From Eledone cirrhosa (Eukaryota), in the NCBI GenBank assembly GCA_964016885.1, contig OZ024741.1, positions 167,586,001-167,650,000 of the forward strand: a stretch of 64,000 bases of DNA, read 5' to 3'. Positions 62,101 through 64,000 of the stretch are shown here, in pieces. The notes below the pieces were generated by a model. The model searched no databases. It saw only the letters and a list, made by a program, of their open reading frames with translations, and was not told the origin of the DNA. Numbering within the stretch: the stretch's first letter is position 1; each line of letters begins with the position of its first letter. The translations under genes were made by a program, and so were the position numbers.

Positions 62101-64000
62101 ACTTTCTATAACACAGTATTCCACATTGCTATAGTCTTCTACAACACAGTATTCCACATTGCTATAACCTTCTATAACACAGTATTCTACATTGCTATAA
62201 CCTTCTATAACACAGTATTCCACATTGCTATACCCTTTTACAACACAGTATTCCACATTGCTATAGTCTTCTACAACACAGTATTCCACATTGCTATAGT
62301 CTTCTACAACACAGTATTCCACATTGCTATAACCTTCTATAACACAGTATTCCACATTGCTATTACCTTCTATAACACAGTATTCCACATTATTATAACC
62401 TTCTATAACACAGTATTCCACATTGCTATAACTTTCTATAACACAGTATTCCACATTGCTATAGTCTTCTACAACACAGTATTCCACATTGCTATAACCT
62501 TCTATAACACAGTATGCTACATTGCTATAACCTTCTATAACACAGTATTCCACATTGCTATAGCCTTTTACAACACAGTATTCCACATTGCTATAGTCTT
62601 CTACAACACAGTATTCCACATTGCTATAGTCTTCTACAACACAGTATTCCACATTGCTATAACCTTCTATAACACAGTATTCCACATTGCTATAACCTTC
62701 TATAACACAGTATTCCACATTATTATAACCTTCTATAACACAGTATTCCACATTGCTATAGTCTTCTACAACACAGTATTCCACATTGCCATAGTCTTCT
62801 ACAACACAGTATACCACATTGCTATAACCTTCTATAACACAGTATTCCACATTGCTATAGTCTTCTACAACACAGTATTCCACATTGCTATAGTCTTCTA
62901 CAACACAGTATTCCACATTGCTATAGTCTTCTACAACACAGTATTCCACATTGCTATAGTCTTCTACAACACAGTATTCCACATTGCTATAACCTTCTAT
63001 AACACAGTATTCTACATTGCTATAACCTTCTATAACACAGTATTCCACATTGCTATAGCCTTTTACAACACAGTATTCCACATTGCTATAGTCTTCTACA
63101 ACACAGTATTCCACATTGCTATAACCTTCTATAACACAGTATTCCACATTGCTATAGTCTTCTACAACACAGTATTCCACATTGCTATAGTCTTCTACAA
63201 CACAGTATTCCACATTGCTATAACCTTCTATAACACAGTATTCCACATTGCTATAGTCTTCTACAACACAGTATTCCACATTGCTATAGTCTTCTACAAC
63301 ACAGTATTCCACATTGCTATAGTCTTCTATAACACAGTATTCCACATTGCTATAGTCTTCTACAACACAGTATTCCACATTGCTATAACCTTCTACAACA
63401 CAGTATTCCACATTGCTATAGTCTTCTACAACACAGTATTCCAGATTGCTATAACCTTCTATAACACAGTATTCCACATTGCTATCACCTTCTATAACAC
63501 AGTATTCCACATTGCTATAACCTTCTACAACACAGTATTCCACATTGCTATAACTTTCTATAACACAGTATTCCACATTGCTATAGTCTTCTACAACACA
63601 GTATTCCACATTGCTATAACCTTCTATAACACAGTATTCTACATTGCTATAACCTTCTATAACACAGTATTCCACATTGCTATAGCCTTTTACAACACAG
63701 TATTCCACATTGCTATAGTCTTCTACAACACAGTATTCCACATTGCTATAGTCTTCTACAACACAGTATTCCACATTGCTATAACCTTCTATAACACAGT
63801 ATTCCACATTGCTATAACCTTCTATAACACAGTATTCCACATTATTATAACCTTCTATAACACAGTATTCCACATTGCTATAGTCTTCTACAACACAGTA
63901 TTCCACATTGCTATAGTCTTCTACAACACAGTATTCCACATTGCTATAGTCTTCTACAACACAGTATTCCACATTGCTATAACCTTCTATAACACAGTAT
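56145..64000. repeat. 33-bp minisatellite array (tattccacattgctatagtcttctacaacacag), more than 7.8 kb, running off the window
   Basis: About 238 units by length; variant units recur in higher-order blocks. Confidence 0.97.

Noticed and set aside
58090-63972. 1960-aa Cys/acidic repeat protein
   Set aside because: The 33-bp unit is a multiple of 3 with one stop-free frame. Unit variants are almost all non-synonymous, stops and a frameshift occur in adjacent units, there is no unique domain, and it is antisense within a probable intron.

Overview
AT-rich eukaryotic animal DNA, very probably an octopus genome (inferred from the tRNA-derived SINE families, RTE LINEs with (GAT)n tails and massive (TA)n tracts). 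The window is almost entirely repeat-derived. I can support only one host coding exon (55823-56043, + strand, unidentified protein), so most of the window may be one very large intron. Contents: compound (TA)n microsatellites; at least four RTE LINE families (two with a PHD-type zinc finger inserted after the RT YADD motif); a bipartite non-autonomous RTE derivative; CR1-group LINE fragments; a CRE-clade RLE fragment; Penelope-like (Naiad-type) RT/GIY-YIG elements; a non-autonomous Helitron; SINEs; three large minisatellites (GT-rich; 48-bp; 33-bp) and a 200-N gap. The main hidden signal is RNA-structural. Manual folding gives nine type I hammerhead ribozymes with complete cores, from several unrelated sequence families, plus degenerate and half copies. 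They include a retrozyme-like tandem array with an octamer motif, two with very long stem II inserts, and a U3:A8 core variant. Seven of the nine are antisense to the host exon. The many Y/I/M/C/V-rich ORFs and the 1960-aa ORF are repeat artefacts.
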